A stretch of 62,674 nt of DNA, counting the filler. It is 7 parts of 7 records of this genome, joined end to end, with 100 filler letters (N's around TTAATTAATTAA, not from the genome) between each part and the next. Parts side by side here need not be neighbours in the genome. Positions count along the whole stretch, not along the records: positions 47,304 to 57,439 come from SRR31147125_6124; positions 57,540 to 62,674 come from SRR31147125_6185; 5 more parts are not named here. The stretch is one strand, 5' to 3'. Of this stretch, positions 51,321 through 61,253 are shown piece by piece (position 1 is the stretch's first letter; each line of letters opens with the position of its first letter). The notes beneath the pieces are model-generated. The model was not told the DNA's origin, did no database searches, and saw nothing but the letters and a program-made list of their open reading frames with translations. Position numbers and translations under genes: made by a program.

Positions 51321-52310
51321 ATGAATAACAAAGTCAGTAGACAAATAGATTTTGATAATATAGAGCAGATAATGAACCTGTTTGGTAGTTTTGATGAAAA
51401 CATCAAAACAATAGAAGAGGAAACCGGTGCTACTGTGGTTTCTTCTGGGACTACAGTTAAGATAATAGGTGAGGAAAAAAACGTAGAGATTTGCGAAAGC
51501 CTTATAAAGTCTCTTATCAAATTTATTAAAAAAAACGAGAAAATAGATGCTACGAAGATTTCATATATTGCTAATCTTTCAAAAGAAGGCAACTCAGATG
51601 CTATCCACGAACTTATGGAAGGGTCAATCGCTGTTACGTCAAAAGGTAGACAAGTTAGGTGCAAGACTTTAGGGCAGAAAAAATACATCGACGAAATAAA
51701 GAAAAAAACACTTGTTTTGTGTATAGGCCCTGCTGGTACTGGTAAAACTTATCTTGCTGTTGCTATGGCCGTTAAGGCACTAAAAAACAAAGAGATCCAA
51801 AGGATTATTTTAACAAGACCAGCTGTTGAAGCTGGCGAAAAGCTGGGGTTTTTACCTGGTGATCTTCAAAATAAGGTGGATCCTTATTTACGCCCTTTAT
51901 ATGATGCACTATATGACTTTTTGGGTGCAGATACTTTTGCAAGACACATAGAAAGCGGCGTTATAGAGGTAGCTCCGCTTGCCTATATGCGCGGAAGAAC
52001 ACTTACTGATTCTTTTATTATATTAGATGAAGCACAAAACTGTACAAAAGAGCAGATGAAGATGTTTTTAACTCGATTTGGTGAAGGATCAAATGTTATT
52101 GTAACGGGTGATGTTACTCAAATTGACTTACCAAACAAATCAACATCAGGATTAGTCCATGCAGTCAGCGTTTTAAAAAACGTTCCTGATATTGGGGTAA
52201 TTAAGTTTGATCATAAAGATGTAGTTAGACATAAACTCGTGCAAAGAATTATACGTGCTTACGAAAAATTTGATAAGGACAAGGGCAAGAGCAAAGGAAA
52301 AAAGCATTAA
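51321..52310 (+). CDS. phoH: PhoH-family ATPase
   Basis: GPAGTGKT, LTRPAVEAGEKLGFLPG, APLAYMRGRT, LDEAQN, GD.TQIDLP. Confidence 0.95.
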   Translation: MNNKVSRQIDFDNIEQIMNLFGSFDENIKTIEEETGATVVSSGTTVKIIGEEKNVEICESLIKSLIKFIKKNEKIDATKISYIANLSKEGNSDAIHELMEGSIAVTSKGRQVRCKTLGQKKYIDEIKKKTLVLCIGPAGTGKTYLAVAMAVKALKNKEIQRIILTRPAVEAGEKLGFLPGDLQNKVDPYLRPLYDALYDFLGADTFARHIESGVIEVAPLAYMRGRTLTDSFIILDEAQNCTKEQMKMFLTRFGEGSNVIVTGDVTQIDLPNKSTSGLVHAVSVLKNVPDIGVIKFDHKDVVRHKLVQRIIRAYEKFDKDKGKSKGKKH

Positions 52311-52331
52311 TCTTGTATAAAGGCTAATTTT

Positions 52332-52787
52332 ATGGATCTAAGTTTTAAAAGAGTATTTTTCAATAAATATAAAATTAAAAAAATCACATTGGAAGCTGCA
52401 AATAAGGTTTTTGAATATCATAATATAGATGAGTACTCTGTTTCTTTTTTGATTACAAATAATAAGAATATATCAATTATCAATAGAGATTTTAGAAAAT
52501 TGGACAAACCAACAGATGTTCTTTCTTTTCCTTCAACCGATGATTTTAGCGGAGATATTGACAATTTCTATGGAGATATAATAATATCAGTACAAAGAGC
52601 AAAAAAACAAGCTAAGGAGCTTGATCAAACATTTTATAAAGAGCTTGCTTTTTTAACTGTCCATGGTTGTTTGCATCTTTTAGGATATGACCATATAGAA
52701 AAAGACGACGAAAGAATTATGATAGAAAAACAACGAATACTTATGAAATATATTAAGGAAAGTAGTGTGATTGGAGATTTGATTTGA
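52332..52787 (+). CDS. ybeY: rRNA maturation RNase YbeY
   Basis: N..FR..DKPTDVLSFP, GDI.IS, HGCLHLLGYDH. Confidence 0.95.
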   Translation: MDLSFKRVFFNKYKIKKITLEAANKVFEYHNIDEYSVSFLITNNKNISIINRDFRKLDKPTDVLSFPSTDDFSGDIDNFYGDIIISVQRAKKQAKELDQTFYKELAFLTVHGCLHLLGYDHIEKDDERIMIEKQRILMKYIKESSVIGDLI

Positions 52788-53494
52788 GAAAATTCATTGA
52801 CAGCATGAACTATTCACTCAGCGGAATAATACATGCGTTTAAGACAGAAAAAAATGTTAAAATACATTTTGCAGTATCTGTACTCGTAATAATTGCAAGT
52901 GTTCTTTTACACGTTACAAGATTTGAACTGATTGCTATTGTTATTTCTATAACGCTGGTAATTTTTGCAGAACTCGTTAATACAGCTATAGAAGCTGTTG
53001 TTGATCTTGTTACTGAGGAATATCACGAGTTAGCAAGGGTTGCAAAAAACGTTGCAGCTGGTGCTGTTACACTTACAGCAGTCAATGCATTGGTTGTTGG
53101 GTATCTTGTTTTTTATAGAAAGATAAGCTCTTTTAAGCTTACATCACTATCATTTTTTTCAGATTTATCAGCGCATATAGCTTTTGCTAGTCTTCTTATC
53201 GTTTGTTTGATCGTTATTGCTTTAAAATCTAGGCAAAAAGTTGAAAGAGTTTCTTATCTTCAGGGAGGTATGCCAAGTGGACATACTGCCGTTGCTTTTT
53301 CTCTGTTTATGGCAGTAACGCTAATATCTAACCAAATAATAGTGTCAACTGTTACGTTTATTCTAGCATTGATAGTTGCTGAATCTAGGATCGAAACCAA
53401 AGTACATAGACTAATAGAAGTTGTTGTTGGTGCTCTTATCGGAATCGTTGTTACTTGGGGAATGTTTATTTTAGCAAAATTATTAAATTTTTAA
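52784..53494 (+). CDS. dgkA: Diacylglycerol/undecaprenol kinase fused to a PAP2-like domain
   Basis: E.NVKIH, ELVNTAIE.VVD, AKNVAAGAV; C-terminal GGMPSGHTA and SR....H...EV..G. Confidence 0.85.
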   Translation: MRKFIDSMNYSLSGIIHAFKTEKNVKIHFAVSVLVIIASVLLHVTRFELIAIVISITLVIFAELVNTAIEAVVDLVTEEYHELARVAKNVAAGAVTLTAVNALVVGYLVFYRKISSFKLTSLSFFSDLSAHIAFASLLIVCLIVIALKSRQKVERVSYLQGGMPSGHTAVAFSLFMAVTLISNQIIVSTVTFILALIVAESRIETKVHRLIEVVVGALIGIVVTWGMFILAKLLNF

Positions 53495-53550
53495 TAAAGA
53501 CTTATCTTAATTTAAAGCTTTTATTTATTAAATGAAGGGATTAATATTTT

Positions 53551-53964
53551 ATGGACTATAAAGAATTAGTTTCATTAGCGCAAAAGGCTAAAGAAAACTC
53601 ATATGCACCTTATTCGAATTTTCATGTTGGTGCTGCATTACTTACCAAAGGTGGTAAGGTATTCTGTGCTGCAAATGTAGAAAACGCAGCATATTCTGCT
53701 ACTATCTGTGCCGAATCTAGTGCAATAGTTAAAGCAGTATCCGAAGGAGAAAGAGATTTTAAAGCGATTGCAGTGATATCTGATTTGGATGATTATACCA
53801 CTCCTTGTGGCGTGTGCAGACAGAGGATATTTGAGTTTGGTGATGATATTGATGTTATATGTGCACAAAACCCTGAAAGCTACACAGTATATAAAATCTC
53901 CGAATTATTGCCAGAAGGCTTTAATTATGAAACATTAATGAGAGGAACAAAAGATAAAGCGTAA
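53551..53964 (+). CDS. cdd: Cytidine deaminase
   Basis: YAPYS.F.VGAA, NVENA, CAE, PCGVCRQ, ELLP..F. Confidence 0.95.
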   Translation: MDYKELVSLAQKAKENSYAPYSNFHVGAALLTKGGKVFCAANVENAAYSATICAESSAIVKAVSEGERDFKAIAVISDLDDYTTPCGVCRQRIFEFGDDIDVICAQNPESYTVYKISELLPEGFNYETLMRGTKDKA

Positions 53965-54021
53965 GTATCATCAAAACACTGTTAAATATTTCATGCTTTA
54001 TAAAAACGAAAGGAAAAAATA

Positions 54022-54917
54022 GTGCAAAACAATTTTAAATCAGCATTTATAGGTATTATAGGAAGCCCAAATGTTGGAAAGTCTTCGATAATTAATTACT
54101 ATATTGGAACAAAAGTGGCAATAGTGTCTCATAAACCGCAAACAACAAGGACAAGGATTTCTGGCGTTTTAACAAAAGGAAATTTCCAGATGGTGTTTTT
54201 GGATACCCCAGGGATAACCGAAGCTAAAAACAGATTAGGCGAGTTTATGGAGAAATCGGCATACGATTCTACAATAGATGTTGATGGCATTTTATTTGTA
54301 TTAGACCTCGTACACGGTATAGGAAAAAAAGATTTGGATATATTATCTAGAGTCAAAAAAAATGGAAGCCCCATTGTGGTTGCTCTAAATAAATCCGATA
54401 TGGCTTCTAAGCAGGATATAGCAAACGCTATGGATATTCTTGCTAAAAACGGTATCGATAAAAACATCTATATAATATCAGCTAAAACTGGCGAAGGCAT
54501 GGATGAGTTACTAACTATTTTAAAATCATACTTGACCGAAGGACCTATGTACTATCCTAGAAATATGATATCAGATCAATCGAGAAATCAAATAATTTCT
54601 GAAATAATAAGGGAAAAAACTCTTTTACTTTTAAATGACGAAGTGCCTCACGGTATTGGTGTAGGAATTTTAAAAGCAGAAAAAAGGAACGATAAAGACA
54701 TTATTGATATTGAGGCAAATATATTCTGCGAAAAAGATAGCCACAAAGGAATAGTGATTGGAAAAGGTGCTTCTATGCTTAAAAGAATCGGCTCTGATGC
54801 TAGAAGAGATTTGGAAATGTTTTTGGGTCTAAAGTTTTTTTACGTATTATGGTAAAAGTAAAGCCAGATTGGCGCGATACAGACAGAGGTTTGCAGGATT
54901 TGGGATTTAAGGCATAA
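54022..54917 (+). CDS. era: GTPase Era (frameshift at ~54830)
   Basis: G.PNVGKS, PQTTR, DTPG, NKSD, ISA, KH domain GIVIGKGA. One more A restores the C-terminus KVFLRIMVKVKPDWRD..LGF, stop at 54917. Confidence 0.92.
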
Positions 54918-55009
54918 ATGTGTTTTATTTATTTGGATAAAATAGTATTTTGACGATTTATAGAATAATTTTTTCACCTTTGATGATAATATTAAATGAG
55001 GTGATAACT

Positions 55010-55108
55010 ATGTTTAAAAAAACATGTGACAATATATGGGATATGTTTGAAAAAACTGGTAGCGTAGGTCACTATCTTTTATACAAGGAGATAGATAGAG
55101 AGGATTGA
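55010..55108 (+). CDS. yqzL: YqzL-family small protein (32 aa, not in the ORF track)
   Basis: SD GAGGTG; MFKKTCDNIWDMFEKTGSVGHYLLYKEIDRED matches the W..F..TG....YL.YKE pattern; canonical position between era and recO. Confidence 0.8.
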   Translation: MFKKTCDNIWDMFEKTGSVGHYLLYKEIDRED

Positions 55109-55117
55109 CTTTGCATT

Positions 55118-55841
55118 ATGCAAAAGACACTTGCAATAGTTATAAACGAATTGGATTATAGGGATAATGACAAGATCATTACCCTTTTTTCACCTACCGA
55201 TGGAAAAATAGATATGCTTTCACGGGGATGCAAAAAATCTTCCAGCAAACTATTAGCATCTAGTCAACTGTTTTCATATGGTGACTATTATTTAAATGAG
55301 AGCAAGGGTAAATATTATCATAGTGGTTGTGATATAAGATACACATATTTTGGTTTACGTGACGATTACGCAAAGCTTGCTTGCGGTAGCTTTTTTAGAG
55401 CTTACCGGACAATTTATTATTCATGATCAAAGTAGCAAAAGGCTTTTTGCCTTGCTTATAAATTCACTTTACAGCTTAGAAAAATCGATAAACACGCCAA
55501 AATTAACTACCCTTATTTTTATGATAAAGCTGTTAGATTATGTAGGGTTTAGGCCAAATACCGAAGCTGTTTGCGAAAAATGCGCTTCGTCCCAGCTTTA
55601 TTTCTGCTATTCAGATGGTTTGGTTATGTGCAAAGAATGTTCTAAAAAGTATCTGTATGAAAAAGATATAATCTCAAAGCAACAATGTGACTTCATTGAT
55701 AATGCTCTTTTATTATCTTCAAAACAAGTCTGTGAGAAATTAGATATGAAATACGATAAGGGCCTTACAAATATAATCTATAAATTTATAACCCATCATA
55801 CTCATAAAAAGATTAAATCATATAAAATGCTGGATTTATAA
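55118..55841 (+). CDS. recO: DNA repair protein RecO (frameshift at T run ~55391)
   Basis: DY..NDKI..LFS...GK....RG..K..SK; downstream K.L...GF.P...C..C..G...C..C zinc finger. Confidence 0.88.
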
Positions 55842-55848
55842 AATAGAT

Positions 55849-57439
55849 TTATTGTTCGATAATACTGTAATAATTCCCCTCTTCATCCATCAAGCACATT
55901 TTAACCATATCCACAGGTACATCCGATTCAAAAACAACCGCATCCGTTATATCTTCCCAATAGTTATAATCAGAGCTCACTCTAATGCTGTATGTGTGTG
56001 TTCCGCCTTTTATGTAAAAAGAAAACTCACCAACATTAGTATTACAGGCAACAAGTCTCACTTTTCCTGTAGCACTGCTTGATGCTTTTACCATTAGTAT
56101 CAAGTTCATAGGCTTTTTAACTTCTGGTGCTCTGTTGGATATTATATACTGCGTTTCAGTTATCGAGCTTGTCAATTTTGGAGCATTAGCAATTCTTTCA
56201 TCACCATCTTTTTCGCCCCAAAGGATAGCCATTTCTGAAAGTTTTTTAGTTTCAACATATGTTTGAGTACTAATAATTTCGTAATCACGCCAAAGTATTT
56301 CCATATAATCATCACGTTTCTCATGTAAACAGTATACATAAAAACCATCCATCTTCACAAGAGGACTGTATTTTGAATATATATATTCAAATATTTTATA
56401 GTATTTATAATCCATATAAACACCATCAATAGCCGATCCAAAACCAATGTCATATTCCGTTCCAATAGGCAGTATTGCAATAGGCAAATCCTGATTTTCA
56501 AATGATTCAATTGCTGCTTCCTGCATATAATCACCATTTATCATCATAGGAAACTGGTTTACATAAGTTGGGCTTCTTCTTTGAGTTATCGCATAAAAAG
56601 TGTTAAGCGATGCAACATCAATATAGCTTTGATCTTCTGTTAATATGTCATCCAACAAAGCTTTTAGCTTTAATGCTTGTGTATTTTCATCACCATACAC
56701 TCTAGAACCATTAAGAGGAACTTTACTGTCATATTGTTTTATATATTCGGTTGATTCAGTCGCTAAACACACCATAGATTTATTTGCATGATCTGCATGA
56801 ATAAGCGGTTTTTCTTGATCGTTAAATGATGGGTAAGCAACCCCTAAAATCAATATACATACCGCAAGGTTAATGCAGAATTTTTCTATATTCTTTTTGC
56901 TCTTTAAACCAGAAAAACCAAGAACAACTATAAAGACTGTGCTTAAAATGTACCAAGCATTCCCGCTTTCAATAATCGAATGCCTCACAAGCCCTCTTGA
57001 AATGTTTGCAAAATAAAACACTGAAAAGAACACAATTAAAAGCAAACTCTTTCTTCTATATCCGCTATCAAAGTTTAAAATTACAGCTTTAGAAACTGTA
57101 ATAACCAAAGTCATCATCATTACAATTGGCAAAACAAACAATAGAAGATTGTAAACAACACTCTTTTTATCTCCGACACTAGCATAACCCCAGTTTTGTG
57201 ATGAGCTTATTGCGTACAGCATCTCTTTAGTTCTTACTATTACGTTTATATCATTAGCTATACATAAAACAGAGTAAACAGCGAATAAAATTAAAACGCT
57301 TATTAAACCAGTTATATATAAACTTAAAATACTTTTATATCTATGCCGTGAGATATTATAACCAGTATAGGTTATTATAGCCGCTATAATTGCAGCATAG
57401 CCTACATCTAACCTAAATAAACAAAGAGCAAAACAAACC
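55849..57439 (-). CDS. Polytopic membrane protein with large extracellular C-terminal part (GT-C-like), 5' truncated, frameshift at ~57330
   Basis: Several TM helices, RGLVRHS motif. The upstream frame VCFALCLFRLDVGYAAII.. joins via an A run and runs to the contig end. Confidence 0.45.
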
Positions 57440-57539
57440 NNNNNNNNNNNNNNNNNNNNNNNNNNNNNNNNNNNNNNNNNNNNTTAATTAATTAANNNNN
57501 NNNNNNNNNNNNNNNNNNNNNNNNNNNNNNNNNNNNNNN
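57440..57539. other. Artificial contig spacer
   Basis: N44-TTAATTAATTAA-N44. Confidence 0.98.
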
Positions 57540-58269
57540 TTTTGAGAATATTTGTGATGATTCCTTTTTTATTTGCAATTTTAATTCCCTTATTAAAATC
57601 TTTTAATATTATTTTGCTGTTTGGATAATCTTTGGAAAACACTAATAAAGCATCTAATGTCATAATAGGTATAGTCGTCCCGATCTCATCAGGAGGGATG
57701 TTTAGTTCAATCAAAGCACAATAACCAATAACATCAAGAATAGAAACGAAATCAATTCTGTTTTTTAGAAGTTTCTCAAAGCTTAATTCATACTTTGAAA
57801 CCACATCTAAATTAAGTCCGTGATTTTTTAAGAGAGGCAGTTCGGGAACTCCGGTGGTGATACCAATTCTATAAGGCTTTAAAGTCTTAAAGCCCTCTTT
57901 TTTATTAAGATTTACCCCATTGGGAAATCTTGATTTTAAATAGAAGAGAATTACATCCGCTTTTATAATTGAATCAGAAAACAATATCTTTTCGTAATCA
58001 TTTTCGTTGAAGAAACCTTTCATTGAGATGCCAGCAAGTACTCTTCCCTTTGTTATGGAGTCGCTTAATCTTGGCGCAGGATAAAAATCAAAAGAAACTT
58101 CATATCCTACCTCGTGGAATATTGCTTTAACAATTTCAGGGACAATGCCATATTGTTCAAGTTTAGAGTCTTGAAAAGGTGGGAAATTCATTCCTCCAAT
58201 AATGATTTTTTCATGTGGAAATATAGTTACATAAATAAATAGAAATAAAAAAATCAATAATTTTTTCAT
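57540..58269 (-). CDS. Extracellular solute-binding protein family 3-like, 3' truncated by a few codons
   Basis: MKK signal peptide after AGGAGG; FPPF..G...EIV..F, KL..NRID, FSK....FNKG. Confidence 0.8.
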
Positions 58270-58332
58270 AACAACCTCCTTTGAGGGCAAATTATCTCTA
58301 TCTCTATTTTACTACACTTTCATCTAAAAAAC

Positions 58333-58361
58333 ATACCCCATAGTTAATTATATGAGGGTAT
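58333..58361 (-). terminator. Possible terminator hairpin
   Basis: ATACCC-CATA / TATG-A-GGGTAT with a T tract on the minus strand. Confidence 0.35.
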
Positions 58362-58483
58362 TTCAAATTAATATATTGTAACTACTGATTTATCTTTTCC
58401 TCAGTGTTTGATTTATTTAAACCTTTGTGTACGATTTTAGCTATCTAAACCAAAACAGGTTAACGGAAGTTAGAAATGAAAGA

Positions 58484-58516
58484 GGCTGACTAAAAATTTA
58501 TTACTTTTAGTCAGCC
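58484..58516 (-). terminator. Terminator after the macrodomain-like gene
   Basis: GGCTGACTAAAA / TTTTAGTCAGCC perfect 12-bp stem followed by TCTTT on the minus strand. Confidence 0.65.
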
Positions 58517-58539
58517 AGAAGATTATTTTTTAATTAATA

Positions 58540-59115
58540 TTAGTATATCGCTACTACAGCTTCATCTTTACCAAATTCATTGATAAGAAGTTTTTTATAT
58601 TCTTCATTATCATATGTAAGAATAAGAAGTTTTTTGATACTAAGTACAGAGTTTTTATTAAGAAATTCTTTAATTCCTTTGTAAACCTCTTTTGACATAT
58701 CTTCGAAAGTTTCCTCTTTTCTACCAAAAGATTCACCTGCTCTGATTGAAGACATAGAGATAACTTCGTAATTATCTGCGTTTGCTTTTGTCAGGCCAGC
58801 ATAGATAATTTCAGACAAAGGTTTTTTAGTATCATCGATTACGAAAATAATGTTGTTAAAAACTCCTTTATTTTCATCTTCGCCTTTAATTTCAAGAACT
58901 TGTCCATCTTCAAACATTGCTAGTCCGCTTTTTTGTGTAATGTGTCCAAGTAGAGATTGATGATAATGATTACCGATATTATCTCTTATAGCCATATCAA
59001 CTTGACCACACCAGATTCCTTTTGAATCAACTGCTGTAATAAGAGCTTCACTTTCAACATCGCAAACGCTTTTATTAGCTACTAATCTAACTTGCAATTC
59101 TTTTTTTGTACTCAT
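58540..59115 (-). CDS. Divergent macrodomain-like protein
   Basis: SVCDVESEALITAV..GIWCGQVDMAI aligns with macro GDIT..DAIVNAAN..GGGV..AI; ISMSSIRAGESFG aligns with IAFPAISTG.FG. Confidence 0.55.
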   Translation of the reverse strand: MSTKKELQVRLVANKSVCDVESEALITAVDSKGIWCGQVDMAIRDNIGNHYHQSLLGHITQKSGLAMFEDGQVLEIKGEDENKGVFNNIIFVIDDTKKPLSEIIYAGLTKANADNYEVISMSSIRAGESFGRKEETFEDMSKEVYKGIKEFLNKNSVLSIKKLLILTYDNEEYKKLLINEFGKDEAVVAIY

Positions 59116-59332
59116 ATATATCCCTCCCAGTTATTTTGTCTACTAAAATATAGTAACATGAAAAAAAACATCTGAAAACAGATTTTTTTTATTAAAAATA
59201 AATCACAAAGATCAAAATTATACTTCTTTTTTTAAAAAGGGTTAAAAGTAATTAAAGTTAATTACAAACTAAAAGTAAGGTGCGCTTGCAAAAAATATCA
59301 TGTTATGGAGTCCAGCTAGTAGGCAAACTGAA

Positions 59333-59391
59333 AAAGAACATGATTTCCTGTTATGGGTCAAAAAGACCTGTAATTGGAAATCGTGTTCTTT
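59333..59391 (+). other. Long intergenic hairpin (about 27 bp stem), candidate structured RNA
   Basis: AAAGAACATGATTTCCTGTTATGGGTC-AAAAA-GACCTGTAATTGGAAATCGTGTTCTTT; four G-U pairs on the + strand and one U-U mismatch. Confidence 0.55.
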
Positions 59392-59422
59392 GGTTTTATG
59401 TTTAATAAGGTCAAGCTGTTTA

Positions 59423-59830
59423 TTAATTTAAATATTCAAATGGAAAAATAATTACTTCTCTCTCTTCGCCATTATCATCTAACTGTCGTTCTGTAAATGG
59501 ATCAGCATACCTTTTAGCTCTGCCTTTATAAATATATTCACCTTCAACTTCCATTTCAAATATATGAATGGTGAATCCTTCTTCAGCGGCATTCACTAGG
59601 GCTTTATTCTGCCTTTTCATCTCTTGGTCACCTTTTTTACCCATTCCAGTAAAACAAATCTTTCCTTTTTCTTTTTTATGTTTATATAAGCAATCGGTAA
59701 ATTTAGCTATAATAACAATTGTGTTTGTTTTTTTACTTTTTCTTATTCCACCTTGATTACTACACATAAATATCTCAGCTATCTGTTTATTCTCAAGTAT
59801 CTGTCCAATTTGTAAATCTTCTATTACCAT
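59423..59830 (-). CDS. Stand-alone SRA-like domain (N-terminal domain of McrA/SRA-HNH restriction endonucleases, no HNH)
   Basis: F.CS.QGGIRKS..TNT.V.I, FTGMG..GDQ....QNK.L, IHIFE....EY.Y.G, E.Q.D..G..R.V.IFP; stops at 135 aa. Confidence 0.6.
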   Translation of the reverse strand: MVIEDLQIGQILENKQIAEIFMCSNQGGIRKSKKTNTIVIIAKFTDCLYKHKKEKGKICFTGMGKKGDQEMKRQNKALVNAAEEGFTIHIFEMEVEGEYIYKGRAKRYADPFTERQLDDNGEEREVIIFPFEYLN

Positions 59831-59833
59831 GAC

Positions 59834-60547
59834 CTATTTCTCCTCTCTTTTCTCAGCAATATCAACTATATTTTTATAGTAAATTTTCTCATCTTTATAT
59901 TCAAAAAGCATAGGATATACTTCAACCCCTTTTTTTCTTGCTTTATAAAAAAGCTCAGAAAATACAGGGTCAGTTTCCCATTTAGGTTCAAAAACATTGG
60001 AATCACGTAGAACTAATAGAAATATTGCTGCTCTATCACCACTCTCCTTTAGTTCCATAAGTTCCTTTAGATGCTTCTGTCCTCTAGTAGTTGGAGCATC
60101 AGGAAACATAGCTTTTTTATCAACAGAGAGCGAGCAACCTTTTACCTCAATCCAGATTTTTTTATCGTTTTTTTCTACTAAATAATCTATTCGACTCTTT
60201 CCGTATTTTACTTCAGCTTTTATATTGTCAAGCTCACCCAAAGGATTAATTGAACTATCATTTAAAACAGCCTGTGAGATATATCTATGGAATTTCGAAT
60301 TAATCAATATCCATTCACCCTCTGCATCTGCAGCAATCATATCCCATGCAGTTTTTCTATTTGGGTTAGTTGCTTTTTGCAGTAAAACTCTATTATTTTC
60401 ATAGAGAAGCTCCTTTAACCTACCTGGGTCATGTACATGTACAGCTTCTATCCTGCCATCACTAAATTTGCAATTAGCTAAATATCTATTAGGTCTATCT
60501 ACAAAGATAGCCTCTTCATCAATTGGAATTTGATAAACTTCTTTCAT
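59834..60547 (-). CDS. sfsA: SfsA DNA/RNA nuclease (sugar fermentation stimulation protein)
   Basis: RPNRY, H.HDPGRLKELL, EVKYG.SRID, IEVKGC.L, FPDAPT.RG.KHL.EL; SD GAGGTG before ATG 60547. Confidence 0.93.
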   Translation of the reverse strand: MKEVYQIPIDEEAIFVDRPNRYLANCKFSDGRIEAVHVHDPGRLKELLYENNRVLLQKATNPNRKTAWDMIAADAEGEWILINSKFHRYISQAVLNDSSINPLGELDNIKAEVKYGKSRIDYLVEKNDKKIWIEVKGCSLSVDKKAMFPDAPTTRGQKHLKELMELKESGDRAAIFLLVLRDSNVFEPKWETDPVFSELFYKARKKGVEVYPMLFEYKDEKIYYKNIVDIAEKREEK

Positions 60548-60778
60548 AAAAACACCTCTTATCAATTTTGTAATCATTTCATACTTGTATTATAGCAAAT
60601 TTAAACTTTAAAATAAAGAGTATAATTTATCATTGCGTTATTTCTTTTTTATAGTTCTTAAGATATAATTAATTATACATCAAATCGAATAGTGTTGCAT
60701 AATATCAAAATAGAATACAAAAACTTATATTTGCTATGTAAACAAAGGCTGAGTTTAGTTTTATGAGGAGGCAATAGA

Positions 60779-61060
60779 ATGGATGTAAAAAACAATGCAG
60801 AAGAAATTATATTCGCAAAGGATAATTTTCCAAGAATGCTAAAAAAAACAGAAGGTGAGATAGTAAAAAGATATTTCGACTTAGACGGAAACTTTCATGG
60901 TAGAGATGAAGAGAAAGGCAATATTGAGAGAAGGTATACTAAGATAATTAACAATCATAAATATCTGCTTCTAGAGGAGTATCTTTTTAGAGAAAATGAA
61001 GCTACAGTTGATATAAATAAAGCTATTGGAGTCAATTATTACATTAGTAGGAAAAATTAA
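60779..61060 (+). CDS. Hypothetical protein (93 aa)
   Basis: Strong SD GAGGAGG and an AT-biased coding frame; no family recognised. Confidence 0.65.
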   Translation: MDVKNNAEEIIFAKDNFPRMLKKTEGEIVKRYFDLDGNFHGRDEEKGNIERRYTKIINNHKYLLLEEYLFRENEATVDINKAIGVNYYISRKN

Positions 61061-61087
61061 ATTTAATTTTTTCTTTAAGAATAATTA

Positions 61088-61096
61088 TGTTATAAT
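61088..61096 (+). promoter_or_regulatory. Extended -10 promoter element upstream of mltG
   Basis: TGTTATAAT (TGn-TATAAT). Confidence 0.5.
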
Positions 61097-61253
61097 ATCT
61101 AAGCTGTGTAACCATTTTATGTTTAAGCTCACTTGAGAATAATCATAAGATTACGAAGTTGTAAAGAGCGTGAATATCACACAAAATCAACTCATTTGTA
61201 CTAAGCAAATGAAGTGGTAAATTAAACCAAGATTAAAATGAATTGAGGAAAAA

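Noticed and set aside
49710-55841. yqfC-recO cluster as a novel system
   Set aside because: Well-known conserved Firmicutes gene order; the splits are explained by indel errors.
59322-59345. GGCAAAC as the start of a c-di-GMP-I riboswitch
   Set aside because: The GAAA-capped stem and downstream GACGCAAAGC element are absent.
59300-59431. 43-codon + strand ORF across the long hairpin
   Set aside because: No convincing SD at proper spacing and no recognisable motif; the region is better explained by RNA structure.
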